Source: an uncultured Candidatus Saccharibacteria bacterium (lineage in GTDB: Bacteria; Patescibacteriota; WWE3; CAZQFB01). From it: a stretch of DNA of 64,000 nucleotides. Every line of letters begins with the position of its first letter. Within the stretch, counting starts at the first letter, position 1. Location: positions 147,454 to 211,453 of the forward strand of contig CAZQFB010000001.1 of assembly GCA_964592525.1 (NCBI GenBank), read 5' to 3'. A model generated the notes under the pieces. That model ran no database searches. It was not told the DNA's origin and saw only the letters and a program-made list of their open reading frames with translations. The translations under genes were made by a program, and so were the position numbers. This document shows, in pieces, positions 36,908 through 48,061 of this stretch.

Positions 36908-37724
36908 AGTTAGTAAGCACCTCCCCCAATTATCCGTAGTGGTGCCTTCCTTTGGGGAGGAAAAAACCATTGAGCGAGATATTTTAAGGCTAGTTCAGGA
37001 GTTGGATGGTATTAGGTACTCTTACGAAATTATAGTGGTAATTGACGGGTTGCTTAATAAACAGGATCAATCGTTAGTTAAAGCGCAAAAGTTAGAGTCT
37101 AGCAAGGTTCATGTTTTTGGATACCCAGAAAACAAGGGTAAAGGCTATGCGGTGCGTTATGGGATGGCTAAGACTAAAGGAGCGGTGGTGGCGTTTATTG
37201 ATTCTGGGATGGAGATTAGTGCAAATAGCTTAAGTTTGGCGCTGGAGCATTTTTATTGGTACGAGGCGGATATTATTATTGGCAGTAAAAGACACCCCGC
37301 TTCACGGGTTTCTTATCCTCGTTCTCGCAGAATTCTTAGTGTGGGGTATCAAATTTTGGTGTGGTTCTTGTTTGGGCTTAAGGTAAGAGATACGCAAGTG
37401 GGGATGAAGATATTTAAAAGAGAGGTGTTGGAAAAAGTCCTCCCCCGGTTGGTGGTGAAAAGGTATGCTTTTGATATTGAGATGTTGGCGGTTTCTCACG
37501 CCTTGGGTTTTAAGAGGATCTTTGAAGCCCCAGTGGAGTTTAGTTATGACAGTAACTTTACAGTAAACTCTTCAAATATAATTACCATCCTAAGAATGCT
37601 CCAAGACACCATGGCTGTTTATTATCGCCTGGTTATTAGACGCTATTACTCAAGGAAAAATCGAAATAACTGGTGCTGTGAAGTTGATCTAGTAGTGATG
37701 AGAAATATTGCTAAAAGCGCTTAG
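36888..37724 (+). CDS. GT2 glycosyltransferase
   Basis: N.GKG.AV..G, DTQVGMK, FDIEML. Confidence 0.88.
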   Translation: MARTRLKVSKHLPQLSVVVPSFGEEKTIERDILRLVQELDGIRYSYEIIVVIDGLLNKQDQSLVKAQKLESSKVHVFGYPENKGKGYAVRYGMAKTKGAVVAFIDSGMEISANSLSLALEHFYWYEADIIIGSKRHPASRVSYPRSRRILSVGYQILVWFLFGLKVRDTQVGMKIFKREVLEKVLPRLVVKRYAFDIEMLAVSHALGFKRIFEAPVEFSYDSNFTVNSSNIITILRMLQDTMAVYYRLVIRRYYSRKNRNNWCCEVDLVVMRNIAKSA

Positions 37725-39348
37725 GTATTTGGTAAATTACGATGGAGTTGTTTTGAAATACCTTGCTTAAATAACTATTGTATAAAGTGGCGGTGGTCAG
37801 GTCTTTTTCCAGATAATGGGTTTGCGTAATAAGGTGGGTAGCTTCTAAGTTTAAAGCTTCCGCAATTCCTTCTGTGCTATTTAATCGTAGGGTAAAAGCT
37901 GTTTCATCAAATTTTGTGCCTTTTAAGTAAATGGGATTAACGTAAGGTATACCCTTCAAGGGTAACCAAAAGTTTAAGGCTATGTTGGTGTTGGGGTAAC
38001 TGACAATGATTGGTTTTTGGGGCAAGCTCTTTAGATAAAGGATATAGTCAGGTGGTTTGTTGCTGTCAATGATAGGAAGCTTAATGGCGAACTCACCAAA
38101 AGCTACAGTAGCCAGCAGAGCAAAAAGGGGAAACACTAATTTGGAAGGCATCCTTTTAAGTGTTGCTTCCAAATAAGACATTCCCCAACCAGCTGTGATT
38201 AATACAAGTAGATTAATCCAAACCGAGAATCTGACTAATACTCGAAAAGAAGGCATTAAATAATAAAAGAGATAAGAGGGTGAATAGAATTTATGACCAG
38301 CTATGGTAAAGAAGGGTGGTCCAGTGATGGAAAGTAAGAGAAAGATAGAGAGTATAAATGAAAGAACGCGCTGACCATTTAATGATTTCCAACGCCTCCT
38401 ATGAATAAGCAACGTAAACAGTAAAAAGAATAGAGTGGTATATCCAAGGTAAACGCCCCCAGCCTCTTGGGGGTCGTAGTTTTGTGCCAGAAAGTATTCA
38501 GTGTTTTTCAGTTGATTGTAGAGGTCTTGAGACAACTCTCCAAGAAATAAGCTGTCCGTTGGGGGAATGAAAAAGTACCAAGGTCTAAATGAGTACGAGA
38601 AGAAATCTTCCAAGGTTCTGTGAGGCACTACGCCTTCCAGATCAGCTTTTTCTAGATGCGCTTTTGAATATCTGTTGAACACATAGGAGCTATGGATGAA
38701 GGGAGTTAGGTTGGGTATGATTACTAGTGCAATAACGGGTATAGTTATCTTGAGCAAGCTAGCAATTGCTTTCGTTAATGTTTGTCGAAGGTAAGGTTGG
38801 TGGCGGACAGTGGCTAAAGTAATGATGGTTTCTGATATTGAAAGTAAAGATATTCCCACAAAACCTATATAGCCATAATAATTACTTAGATAAAATATTC
38901 CTGCTAGTAAAAATCCCAGCTTCCAAGTTTGTTTTGACAAATAGGACGATAGGATAAGTGGGAAAACAAAAGTGAAATAAAGCAGTTGTGAATTTGAGGC
39001 TACCCGATATAAAAAATAGGGAGAGAGGCTGTAAAGGGTGGAAAGAATAATTATGGTATACGTGGAGTATTTTAATTTGGTAAATAACTTGGAGCTGAAA
39101 TAGAATGTTAGAAGAACACTGACTAAAATGAGTAAATTATTAGCCAGGAAGGGATTAAAAATAGATTGAAACAACCGTATGATCAAATCGCCGATAAATT
39201 GAGGCGTGTATGAATAAGGTTCTACTGCGGAGGTGTGAGGATAACCTAGTAAATAAGTTTGTTTGGTTGCATTAAGCCAGCCTTTAAGTAGCTCTGGGGC
39301 TAAATCATTCATTTCACCAAATGTTTTTGTGGTAAGAAAATTAAACAC
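37711..39348 (-). CDS. Multi-TM GT-C-like membrane protein
   Basis: About 11 TM; Y.LSPY, YLG, FR...RF pattern. Confidence 0.65.
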   Translation of the reverse strand: MFNFLTTKTFGEMNDLAPELLKGWLNATKQTYLLGYPHTSAVEPYSYTPQFIGDLIIRLFQSIFNPFLANNLLILVSVLLTFYFSSKLFTKLKYSTYTIIILSTLYSLSPYFLYRVASNSQLLYFTFVFPLILSSYLSKQTWKLGFLLAGIFYLSNYYGYIGFVGISLLSISETIITLATVRHQPYLRQTLTKAIASLLKITIPVIALVIIPNLTPFIHSSYVFNRYSKAHLEKADLEGVVPHRTLEDFFSYSFRPWYFFIPPTDSLFLGELSQDLYNQLKNTEYFLAQNYDPQEAGGVYLGYTTLFFLLFTLLIHRRRWKSLNGQRVLSFILSIFLLLSITGPPFFTIAGHKFYSPSYLFYYLMPSFRVLVRFSVWINLLVLITAGWGMSYLEATLKRMPSKLVFPLFALLATVAFGEFAIKLPIIDSNKPPDYILYLKSLPQKPIIVSYPNTNIALNFWLPLKGIPYVNPIYLKGTKFDETAFTLRLNSTEGIAEALNLEATHLITQTHYLEKDLTTATLYNSYLSKVFQNNSIVIYQIPKRF

Positions 39349-39351
39349 TTA

Positions 39352-42300
39352 TTATTTTTTAGACGATAGCATGTATATTGTAATAAATATGAGTATGGCA
39401 GTATATGTAATTAGTGTTATAGGTAATAACTTTTCTGTAACATCTTGAGGAGCATAATAAATATCCATATCTAGGTTTCCTTTGTATAAACCTGGGTTCA
39501 CCCACCAACCATTTTCGAAGTTGTTAACTAAGTAATGTTGCACAGTTACCTCACTTGGAGGGGTTGTTCTCACTTTCCACCTAGGATCAAATTGTTGGTT
39601 AAGAATTAAGCCAAACTCACCAGCTACGTTTTGCAGTCTTATTTTGTATTCGTGTCGATTTGATTTTAGTACCGTCACCTCTGGAGGATTATTCCCTGAC
39701 AACTGTTCTTCGATTAGTGGAGCTATTTTTTGAGCTTCCCTGATGAAATTTATTTGTTTGAAAGCATGGTTTATATCGTCTGTTAGTAAATAGATGTTTA
39801 CCTTTTGAGGGTAGTAGGTTTTATCTATTTCTATATTGATGTTAGGTAAGGAACCTTCCTCAAAATCATCTGGTTTAAATTCTTCTAACCACTTTTCCTT
39901 AACTTCATAAAGCTTCCTGTTTTTCAACAAATCGTAACCTGAAACTTGCGTTTCTTCCCTAGTGATAAGAATGGCAGAAGGTGAGATAAGGGGGATGATT
40001 TGTAATCTCCAAGAGAACGAGTTGTCTGGTTCTAATTGATATTTATATACTGTAAATTCGGAGTATTCCTCATTGAGTAAATATTTCCGATGGTCTTTGT
40101 AGCTCTTTCTAAGGGGATTCTTCTCGTCCAGCAGTTTCATGCCAAGCTCCTGTTGGCTCAACCTAACAAAATCACGGCTTGAAATTGAGGTTGTTTCCGG
40201 GGGTGAAGAAAGTTGAACAGCCAATGCCTCCTCCCACAAAAATAGGTTGTAATTTTTGTCCTTTTTTTTAATAACGAGCATTTCTTGATATCTATTATTC
40301 TCTGCATCTTCCAGTTGTTGTAACCACTTGGTGTAATAGGAATATGTGTCTAGGTTTTGTAATTCGTGGGCTTTTCTTAGGTAGTTTCTACACTTTGTAA
40401 TCATGCCAAAAAGACTATCTGATGGTTTGGGATTCCATTCATAGGAGATTTCTTTTTGAAGTTGGGTATATAGACGGAGATGTTCTTCTTTAAGATAATC
40501 AGTTGCCCCATATTTTTCCATTTCAGACACACGTTTACTAGCGTTCCAGATTAGAAGATCAATCCTCTTGATGGGATCTTTCTCTTTATATAATTGATAC
40601 TTTTCCATAAGTACGGTTATTTTGTAAGCATTTGTGCCAGGTTGCCTGTTTACTTCAGGCCAACTCCAGCCACCATGCCACTTGTCAATGTTTGAGATTT
40701 CAATTTTTTCTAAATTGTGTTTAACCACCCTAAATTGATTAAAAGAGTTGATAGTGCTTGGATGAGTAAAGAGGGATATCTCCGGGTTGTGATTTTTAAG
40801 TGCAATTACTTCTGTTGCCGAAGCAGTGCCCTGCAAAGCCTTGTTTATGCCTGTAATTGGGGTATGGTCTTGTTCTACCTCAAAAAGGCTAATTACTCTA
40901 TTTTTATTGCTAAGCACCTGATCAGATATTTCTGCTATTTCCCCAGAGCCCCTTATCTTTTCCAGAAGAGCCCAATCTTCAGGTAACAGGGACTCGTGGT
41001 AAAACACCAAGTATTTAATATTAAGCATCTTAAGCGTCTGCTGTATCGCTTCTAAATCTTGCGTGTAGAGGCTTTCCATAAACACAGCTAAAAGTTCTTT
41101 ACTTGCTGAAGAATCTTTATCGCCAATAATAATTGGACCGGGTTTTTGGGAATAGATTGGAAATATGGCGGACGCTTCTTGAAAGGGACCTTTATAAATT
41201 TTCGTACTGAAAATGTTTACCCCTTGACCTTGTGGGAGATACAGTACCCGCCCCTCATTGTTCTGATGGGTAATAAAGGAATCAACTTTTTGGTATTGCT
41301 CATCAAACTGATATGTTCGTAAAGAGATATCTTCTACTATGGTCTGATCACCGACAAGCTTGAAGGTGATGAAAGGATATGTTGATAGAATAAGGAGGGC
41401 ACAAATAAACAACGTGACCAAATATTTCCCACGTTTCCAAAGATCATTTAATAGGATAATTGAGAGTGTTACCATTGAAAATGATATTAAAACTTCCATT
41501 CTGGCAACATCTCGAATGATATTTGCGAAGGGCAAAAATGTTAATCTTTGGGGTCCTAAGAGGTACAGTATGAAGGGTAATCCGTACAGGCAAATAAATA
41601 AATTTTTATCTATTCTTGTGTTTTTTACGTACTTAATTCCTGTGATAAATAGTAAAGTGAGCGTATATGAGAGAGGTTTGAGCATATTTGGGTAACTACT
41701 TTCGTATGAGTAGTTAAATAAGGAACCCCACCCTTTAGCAAGGTTAAGGATAGAAAGCTTCTGCCAGGTTCCAAGGCTGATACTAGATAGAACATTTTCC
41801 CCTCCATACAAAACTGGGTCTGGATAGAGAAAAAGATTGATGATCCAGTGTATGTTTGCTAGGAATAGGATAAAACCAACCACAAAACTAACTTTGAATA
41901 CCGGCAATATGTTCTTTTTGTCCTTAAAGATATAAAGCAGTCCTAGGCTTAAGGTCGCAAACGAGTACCAGATGATTGTTGTTGACTGGATCATTGCGAG
42001 TGACCACAACAATCCAGCAAGAATCGTGTGGAACAAATTATGCCTTTTAATTGTTTTATCCAGAAGGACAATATAGAAGGGAAATAGACCCATACTTATT
42101 AGAATATTGATCCATCCCATTACAGCAAAGTTAAAATAGAATGGTGAGGTTATATACAAAAATCCTCCAAAAAATGAAAACCTTTTTCTAAGGCCAAGGT
42201 ATCTTAGCAGTGTGTACATACCAATGCCTCCTAAGGTAAAAGAAAAAAGAAGCAGGGATTTTGACAGAGCTTCCCCAGTCAAATTTAAAGAGGAAAATAT

Positions 42301-42597
42301 TTTATAAATTGGAACAAAGGGAACATCTGTCAGATAAGAGCGATACCCACCTAAGAATGTTGATATCGTTAACCAGGAAGAGGTGGCTGCTTCGGCAGCT
42401 CTGTCCATCTGTTCCGGGGTATAAGGCAAAGACCAATCACCACCCAGAAACATCCCCTTACTAGCTAGTGGTTTCACTAGTAACAAAACAGAGATTATAA
42501 AAAAGAGAAGAGTAACAGTATAGAAATCTATTTTAAAACTATTTAGAAAATGCTTCCAAAGCTTGAAGTTCAATTTCAAAAACTTTATTCCAGTCAT
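39352..42597 (-). CDS. Large GT-C-like membrane protein with extracellular domain (YfhO/AftD-like)
   Basis: GGDW N-loop, multiple TMs, RVLYLP, C-terminal F.P.W...H..VN...NGW and terminal TM. Confidence 0.7.
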   Translation of the reverse strand: MTGIKFLKLNFKLWKHFLNSFKIDFYTVTLLFFIISVLLLVKPLASKGMFLGGDWSLPYTPEQMDRAAEAATSSWLTISTFLGGYRSYLTDVPFVPIYKIFSSLNLTGEALSKSLLLFSFTLGGIGMYTLLRYLGLRKRFSFFGGFLYITSPFYFNFAVMGWINILISMGLFPFYIVLLDKTIKRHNLFHTILAGLLWSLAMIQSTTIIWYSFATLSLGLLYIFKDKKNILPVFKVSFVVGFILFLANIHWIINLFLYPDPVLYGGENVLSSISLGTWQKLSILNLAKGWGSLFNYSYESSYPNMLKPLSYTLTLLFITGIKYVKNTRIDKNLFICLYGLPFILYLLGPQRLTFLPFANIIRDVARMEVLISFSMVTLSIILLNDLWKRGKYLVTLFICALLILSTYPFITFKLVGDQTIVEDISLRTYQFDEQYQKVDSFITHQNNEGRVLYLPQGQGVNIFSTKIYKGPFQEASAIFPIYSQKPGPIIIGDKDSSASKELLAVFMESLYTQDLEAIQQTLKMLNIKYLVFYHESLLPEDWALLEKIRGSGEIAEISDQVLSNKNRVISLFEVEQDHTPITGINKALQGTASATEVIALKNHNPEISLFTHPSTINSFNQFRVVKHNLEKIEISNIDKWHGGWSWPEVNRQPGTNAYKITVLMEKYQLYKEKDPIKRIDLLIWNASKRVSEMEKYGATDYLKEEHLRLYTQLQKEISYEWNPKPSDSLFGMITKCRNYLRKAHELQNLDTYSYYTKWLQQLEDAENNRYQEMLVIKKKDKNYNLFLWEEALAVQLSSPPETTSISSRDFVRLSQQELGMKLLDEKNPLRKSYKDHRKYLLNEEYSEFTVYKYQLEPDNSFSWRLQIIPLISPSAILITREETQVSGYDLLKNRKLYEVKEKWLEEFKPDDFEEGSLPNINIEIDKTYYPQKVNIYLLTDDINHAFKQINFIREAQKIAPLIEEQLSGNNPPEVTVLKSNRHEYKIRLQNVAGEFGLILNQQFDPRWKVRTTPPSEVTVQHYLVNNFENGWWVNPGLYKGNLDMDIYYAPQDVTEKLLPITLITYTAILIFITIYMLSSKK

Positions 42598-43708
42598 ATC
42601 TTAAGGCTACTTGCTGTAATTTATTAGCCAGGGCAAAATAATTGTTACAGGATAGCTGGAGGATTTTAATGACTTCCTGGGAGAAGTTATTTTTATTTCC
42701 GAGTGGGGCTGTGGGAAGTAAATCTCCAAATATTTCTCTGTAAACAGGAAGATCATACACTACAGGTATGCATTTGCATAGAATTGCTTCGAATAACACT
42801 ATACTCCAGCCTTCCTCGTAAGAAGGTTGCATAAACACTTTAGCTACTTTTAAAGCCTCATAAATCTCTTGTTTTTGTTGCACATAACCATGAATATTGG
42901 AATTATTAGAACAAGAGTATTTTTTAAAATCTTGTGAGAGTATTTTTTTTGTTTGGGGATCTATTGAACCAAATATATCAAGCCGTAATTTTGGGAAAAC
43001 AAGCTTAACTTGGTTAGTAATAAAAGCAAGATCACCAATACCCTTGGTTGGATTGACCCGATTAAAAAAAACTAAGTTAGAACCAACTTTTTTTTGAGGA
43101 AGAACACCAATAACTTTTTGTGTTTGGTTTAGATTCAATCCGGCATAAGAAACAACAATCGTTTGTGAGAATCCTTTTGCTTCTAACTGCTCTTTTATAC
43201 CTTGATTAAGCACAAAGATTAATGCCGCTCTCTTTTTTATCAGGTACAGACTTATATTTTGTAGCACATAAGATAGCACTCCTCGGAACCAATAATTTTT
43301 TCTTTTCCAGGGGGGTTCATTTAGATGATAAATACAGGCAGCCCACATCCCTTTTCTTTTAAATAAAAATACTGGCACTACGTTACAAAAGAAATCTCCT
43401 GTGGTGTAGTAAATATTAAATCTTTTAGTAAGTAGAATTGAACAAGCTTCAATGGTGCGTAGTATATACGTGGGTAAAAAAGAAGCCACTCGATTTTGGT
43501 TGAAGAGAAGTTTCTCCAACTTTGTTTTACCAGTGCTCAAAAAAGAGTGATTAGAAAATGATTTTTGAGAAAAATATGGTGCTATAACACTTATCTTGAA
43601 ACGACCAGACCCATGAGCCCTGTTAATAATTTCAAGTGATTTAATATCACCGCCACTGCTGATTGTGGGGGATATTATTTGGTTAAAAAGAAACAAAATA
43701 GACTTCAT
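42539..43708 (-). CDS. GT4 glycosyltransferase
   Basis: R..P.KG, PS.EEGW...EA. Confidence 0.85.
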   Translation of the reverse strand: MKSILFLFNQIISPTISSGGDIKSLEIINRAHGSGRFKISVIAPYFSQKSFSNHSFLSTGKTKLEKLLFNQNRVASFLPTYILRTIEACSILLTKRFNIYYTTGDFFCNVVPVFLFKRKGMWAACIYHLNEPPWKRKNYWFRGVLSYVLQNISLYLIKKRAALIFVLNQGIKEQLEAKGFSQTIVVSYAGLNLNQTQKVIGVLPQKKVGSNLVFFNRVNPTKGIGDLAFITNQVKLVFPKLRLDIFGSIDPQTKKILSQDFKKYSCSNNSNIHGYVQQKQEIYEALKVAKVFMQPSYEEGWSIVLFEAILCKCIPVVYDLPVYREIFGDLLPTAPLGNKNNFSQEVIKILQLSCNNYFALANKLQQVALRYDWNKVFEIELQALEAFSK

Positions 43709-44457
43709 TCCGACTTTTTAGGTATTGCCAAAAAATATAGCTCCCGGACAAACCATTTAAACCCAAGCATCCTGTTTAGGAATAAAACCATACGATGCAT
43801 AATTGGTAGAGACTCCAATTGTTCGCCCACCTTCCCAAAATCATTTGGGTGCTTACCTTCATAGATTATTTTTCTGCCAATTACTGAAAAATCTTTTATG
43901 GCCAATCTCTCCAGAGATTTCATAGTATATGTGTGGGGGTGTCCTACGTTTCGTAATACTGTTCTCTCCGCTACTATTCTTGTTGCGGCAATAAACGGGT
44001 TGTAAACATAACATGCAAAAATAAAATAACCTTCGTCCTTTATTACCCTTCTAATCTCTTTTAGAACAGTTTGTGGGGAGTAGGTATGATCTATAACGTT
44101 TCTGCAAATCACTAAATCGAAATATGTGTTGGGGTAGGGGAGCTCTTCTGCCATTCCAGACACTATTTCCACTTCTTTGATCTGTTCTTTAAGCTTTAGT
44201 TTATCGGCTAAAGGTTCAATCCCGTAGTGCTTTCCAGATTTAAAAAGTCTCGATACACATGTGGCTCCGCAACCCACATCTAATATTTTAGAAGAGTTGT
44301 TGAGGTTGAGCTTCTTTTCAAGGCTTCTAAACAACGCCTTGTACTTCTTATTAGCTTCTTCCCATTCCGCTCCCACAACGGCGTCTCCCACCTCCCATTC
44401 AGCTAGTTCAAATTCTTGTGCATCACGCCACCTTTTATCACTTATCTTCATTACCAT
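43705..44457 (-). CDS. Class I SAM-dependent methyltransferase
   Basis: ILDVGCG, AEELPY...FD. Confidence 0.88.
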   Translation of the reverse strand: MVMKISDKRWRDAQEFELAEWEVGDAVVGAEWEEANKKYKALFRSLEKKLNLNNSSKILDVGCGATCVSRLFKSGKHYGIEPLADKLKLKEQIKEVEIVSGMAEELPYPNTYFDLVICRNVIDHTYSPQTVLKEIRRVIKDEGYFIFACYVYNPFIAATRIVAERTVLRNVGHPHTYTMKSLERLAIKDFSVIGRKIIYEGKHPNDFGKVGEQLESLPIMHRMVLFLNRMLGFKWFVRELYFLAIPKKSE

Positions 44458-45319
44458 AATCCTTAACAGCTAATGCGGCTACTGCCATTGAAGAAGTACT
44501 CAGACGAAACTCCTTATTATTGAAAGAATCAACCCAAGTCAGAAAAGCCAAACCTCGTTGCAGAATTTTACTCATTATTCCTTTGGTATGGTCGTAGTTG
44601 TCTTCTGTATTCCACTCGAATTTCTCCATCGCTTTCCTCACTTCTTCACCGACAGGTAGTGTGGTATAAAACTGTTTACCTGTGTATAAAACGAGATGGT
44701 TAAAGGGAACACCATAATGAGTGAGGACCTTCAAATTTTTAACTGAAAATCCAGTTTTAGTTAGTAACAAATACAGTTCTTTGGGGGTGTATAACCTTTT
44801 ATGGTCATATGCCCAGATACCTCCCCAGAAACCACTTTTGGGATTGAAATGACCCAACCCCATCGCCCCTCTAATTTTATTTAAGGGGTCCCATAACAAG
44901 GGATAGTTGCTGTTAGGAACTGTAACCGCTAATTTGCCTCCGGGCTTGAGAACCCTAAAAAGCTCTTCGGTAGCTTTATCATCTTCAACGATATGTTCCA
45001 GTACTTCCGAGCAAATAATTTTATCAAAGTAATTATCTGGAAAATTTAGAGTAGTGAGGTTTTGTTTTTGTATGGTTACATTTTTATACTTAGCAACCCA
45101 CCTTTCAGCCATTTTGAGTAGATCATTATCGTTGTCAATTCCCACAACCCGACAATTGTATAATTCGCTTAAGACCATTAGATAGAACCCTTCTCCACAA
45201 CCAGCGTCCAGAACCAAATCTTCCTCTTGTAGCTCTAGATATTCAAGAAGCGTAAGTATGCGCCTTTTGAAATTTAAATCTCCCACCTTGGATAATATTT
45301 TTTCAAGTTTGTTAGTCAT
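44438..45319 (-). CDS. Class I SAM-dependent methyltransferase
   Basis: VLDAGCGEG, SEVLEH, RVLKPGG. Confidence 0.9.
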   Translation of the reverse strand: MTNKLEKILSKVGDLNFKRRILTLLEYLELQEEDLVLDAGCGEGFYLMVLSELYNCRVVGIDNDNDLLKMAERWVAKYKNVTIQKQNLTTLNFPDNYFDKIICSEVLEHIVEDDKATEELFRVLKPGGKLAVTVPNSNYPLLWDPLNKIRGAMGLGHFNPKSGFWGGIWAYDHKRLYTPKELYLLLTKTGFSVKNLKVLTHYGVPFNHLVLYTGKQFYTTLPVGEEVRKAMEKFEWNTEDNYDHTKGIMSKILQRGLAFLTWVDSFNNKEFRLSTSSMAVAALAVKDYGNEDK

Positions 45320-46272
45320 AATTTTTTTGCCAATACTGCTAGGCATGGGTTAAAAAATTCGCTATTACGGCAAAGATACAATACGCCTCTTTTTATTAAG
45401 TGGTGGTGGATTTTATCAAGTTGTACTGGTGTATAGAATCTTTTTACCCACACCATATTTTTATTAAAACCGCTTTTTATGTGATATTTTCGCAGCTGTG
45501 CTTTGGTGAATTGTAGCTCATACCCGAAAATCATATGCCTACCTTTAAATATTCTTACATGTATAAATTCTAATAGTTGCCTTAAAATCGGTAGGTTTGG
45601 GAGCCCTCCCCAGAGAGACCTATACACTAGGTTTCCAGGATTAAGGTGGGGAACTGTATTAATGCAATAACCATTTTTTTTTGTAATTCTATAGAGTTCA
45701 CTTACAACCGCTTGTGTTTTTTTAAAATGTTCTATAACTCCACCCCCGAAGGAAAAATCAACCGATTCTGCTTTCAGGGGCATGTTTTGTATGTCACCAT
45801 GGACAAGCAAGAAGTTATCAAAGCCTCTCTCTTTAAGCCTTTTATTAAGGTAGATAAGAGAATTAGGTGAGACGTCTATGCCAATAAAGAACCAACCTTG
45901 CTTTGCATAATGTTCTCCTATGAAACCACTACCACTGCCCAATTCTAAAAACACACGCTTATTCCCTCTGATTTTCTCTGAGATGGGAGTAAGCTGATTA
46001 ATTGTCGGTTCAAAGAATGTTTTTTGGTAATCTTTTTCAAGTTTGTTAAGATATTCTTCATTTGCGTATATTTTATTCCATTTGGAAATAGATAGCATTG
46101 TATCTTCGTTGTCAACAAAAATAAGACTTGGTATTTTTCCTTCTAATAATTCAAAAGGAGTATGGCAAGCGGAGCATTTTATCAATTTTTCTTTAACAAC
46201 CAAGTTACTGCGACACTTGGGACAGCAACAAAAGTTACGGATGGTTTGTAGATGTGCTTCTTTATCACTCAT
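45316..46272 (-). CDS. SAM-dependent methyltransferase with N-terminal Zn ribbon
   Basis: CPKC...C..C, FLELGSGSG, GGVIEHF. Confidence 0.88.
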   Translation of the reverse strand: MSDKEAHLQTIRNFCCCPKCRSNLVVKEKLIKCSACHTPFELLEGKIPSLIFVDNEDTMLSISKWNKIYANEEYLNKLEKDYQKTFFEPTINQLTPISEKIRGNKRVFLELGSGSGFIGEHYAKQGWFFIGIDVSPNSLIYLNKRLKERGFDNFLLVHGDIQNMPLKAESVDFSFGGGVIEHFKKTQAVVSELYRITKKNGYCINTVPHLNPGNLVYRSLWGGLPNLPILRQLLEFIHVRIFKGRHMIFGYELQFTKAQLRKYHIKSGFNKNMVWVKRFYTPVQLDKIHHHLIKRGVLYLCRNSEFFNPCLAVLAKKL

Positions 46273-46889
46273 TATTTCTTTCGTGCTACACCCCAATAAG
46301 CCCAAGCTGCTTTAAGTTGTAGGCTGTTAGGTAAAAACCTTAGCCAAGCCAGGAAGGGGTTAAGACCAATCTTGTGGGTAAGGTTAGTGTAAAAATCCAG
46401 TTCAAGATGTAACGGCTGAAAGTTAGTATACAACATCAACTCAATTAAGTTAGAAGGGGAAAAACTATATAAATGATTTCCATTTCTGGTGAAATATGGG
46501 TACTTAAGGTGGATAAGACTTGCTTCGTTTGGCAGGGAGACAATAAGCAGCCCGTCCTTTTCTAGTTGTTCCCAGCTATACCTTAACATTGAAATGGGGT
46601 TTTCTAGATGTTCAAGAATATGAGAAAGGAAAACAGCCTCAAACTTTTCAGGTAACGGTTGGGGGTTATTAAAATTCATCTTTTTAACCCGCAAACCCTT
46701 TCCCCTTGCCTTCTCTAGGTTTTTATCTGCTAAATCTAATCCAAAGGATCCTTGACCAAAGTGTTTAAGATACCCACCTTCCCCGCAACCAACATCAAGC
46801 ACCTTTTTACCGCGAACGAAGGGAAAAATGGCTTTCATGAAAGTGGGGGATACTTCAGTAGTGAACTGATATTCTTTATCGTATTTCAT
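46272..46889 (-). CDS. Class I SAM-dependent methyltransferase
   Basis: VLDVGCGEG, HILEHL.NP. Confidence 0.88.
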   Translation of the reverse strand: MKYDKEYQFTTEVSPTFMKAIFPFVRGKKVLDVGCGEGGYLKHFGQGSFGLDLADKNLEKARGKGLRVKKMNFNNPQPLPEKFEAVFLSHILEHLENPISMLRYSWEQLEKDGLLIVSLPNEASLIHLKYPYFTRNGNHLYSFSPSNLIELMLYTNFQPLHLELDFYTNLTHKIGLNPFLAWLRFLPNSLQLKAAWAYWGVARKK

Positions 46890-48061
46890 TTAGTCTTCTC
46901 GTAGTAATCCAATATAATCTGGGCATTACTTTCTCCATAGTGCTTGAGAGCATACTCCCTTGCCTTGATTGCTTTTTGTTTTAATTCCTCGTTTTTATTG
47001 AGAATTTCTCTAAGGGTGTTGCTAAGCTCTGTTGCTGTTGGTGCTGGAGATAAATAATAGGTAAAGGAATCATCTAGAAACTTTGGAGGTGATCCACGAC
47101 GAGTTACTAAAAGAGGTGTGCCACAGGCGGCGGCTTCAATTAAAGTAGCTGAAAATCCTTCCTCATACAAATAAGGAGATACCACCAGCTCGCAAAGGCT
47201 GTAAAGACAGATCAATTTTTCTCTTTCCTGTTGGTCTTGTTGCCTAAGGGTACCGTAAAAATGAAGATTGTGATGTTTTTTGGCTACGGCGTTAATAGAA
47301 TCTTCTAAGGGACCCTGCCCCACAATATGAAAACCAATGTGAGGTAGTTGCTTGACTGTCTCTAAAAATAATAAAACACCTTTTTTTTCAATCAATCTTC
47401 CCACACCAAAAAGGACATTAAGTGGTTCTGTCACTTTGAGAGCCTGCTGACATTCAGATTTATCTTTGGGTTTAAAAATATTGGTTTCCACCCAGTTGGG
47501 ATGTATACCTACCTTTGAAGGTTTCAAGCCGATTTTAAGTAGCTCTGCTCTAGCTATTTCTGAAACAGCTAGCACCCACATATCCTCTAATATATTTTTA
47601 ACAATAAGCGACAACAGTTTTCTGTGACTGAAGTTATACACCGCATGGGTACTAACAACTATATGAATGGGGTGTATCTTTTGGAGAACTTTGGCAATGG
47701 CAGCTGCCACAAGACCATGAGCATGAAGGCAGTGAATATCTTTATGGTATCTAACATAGTAACTTAAGCTTTTATAAAAAAGACCGGGGAAAAGATACAA
47801 AAACTGCAGGGGGAAGTAATTTTCTAGCTTGTTAAATAATCCCCAACCAAACCACTGTTGTCTGTAAATTTCGAATTTTTGTCCTTGCTCATGCTTTGCG
47901 CCTCTTGTTTTTACCGTGAGCGGTTGGTATGTAATGACAGTAGCCTCATAGTTATTACTAGTGATAAATGAGAGCAGCTTGTCAATATGACTTTCCACAC
48001 CACCCAAATTGGGTCTGACAAAAGGGCAGATGATGAGTATCTTTTTGTAGTTAGTGGGCAT
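46886..48061 (-). CDS. GT4 glycosyltransferase
   Basis: GGVE, GRL..KKG, EEGF....IEA.ACG.P. Confidence 0.9.
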   Translation of the reverse strand: MPTNYKKILIICPFVRPNLGGVESHIDKLLSFITSNNYEATVITYQPLTVKTRGAKHEQGQKFEIYRQQWFGWGLFNKLENYFPLQFLYLFPGLFYKSLSYYVRYHKDIHCLHAHGLVAAAIAKVLQKIHPIHIVVSTHAVYNFSHRKLLSLIVKNILEDMWVLAVSEIARAELLKIGLKPSKVGIHPNWVETNIFKPKDKSECQQALKVTEPLNVLFGVGRLIEKKGVLLFLETVKQLPHIGFHIVGQGPLEDSINAVAKKHHNLHFYGTLRQQDQQEREKLICLYSLCELVVSPYLYEEGFSATLIEAAACGTPLLVTRRGSPPKFLDDSFTYYLSPAPTATELSNTLREILNKNEELKQKAIKAREYALKHYGESNAQIILDYYEKTK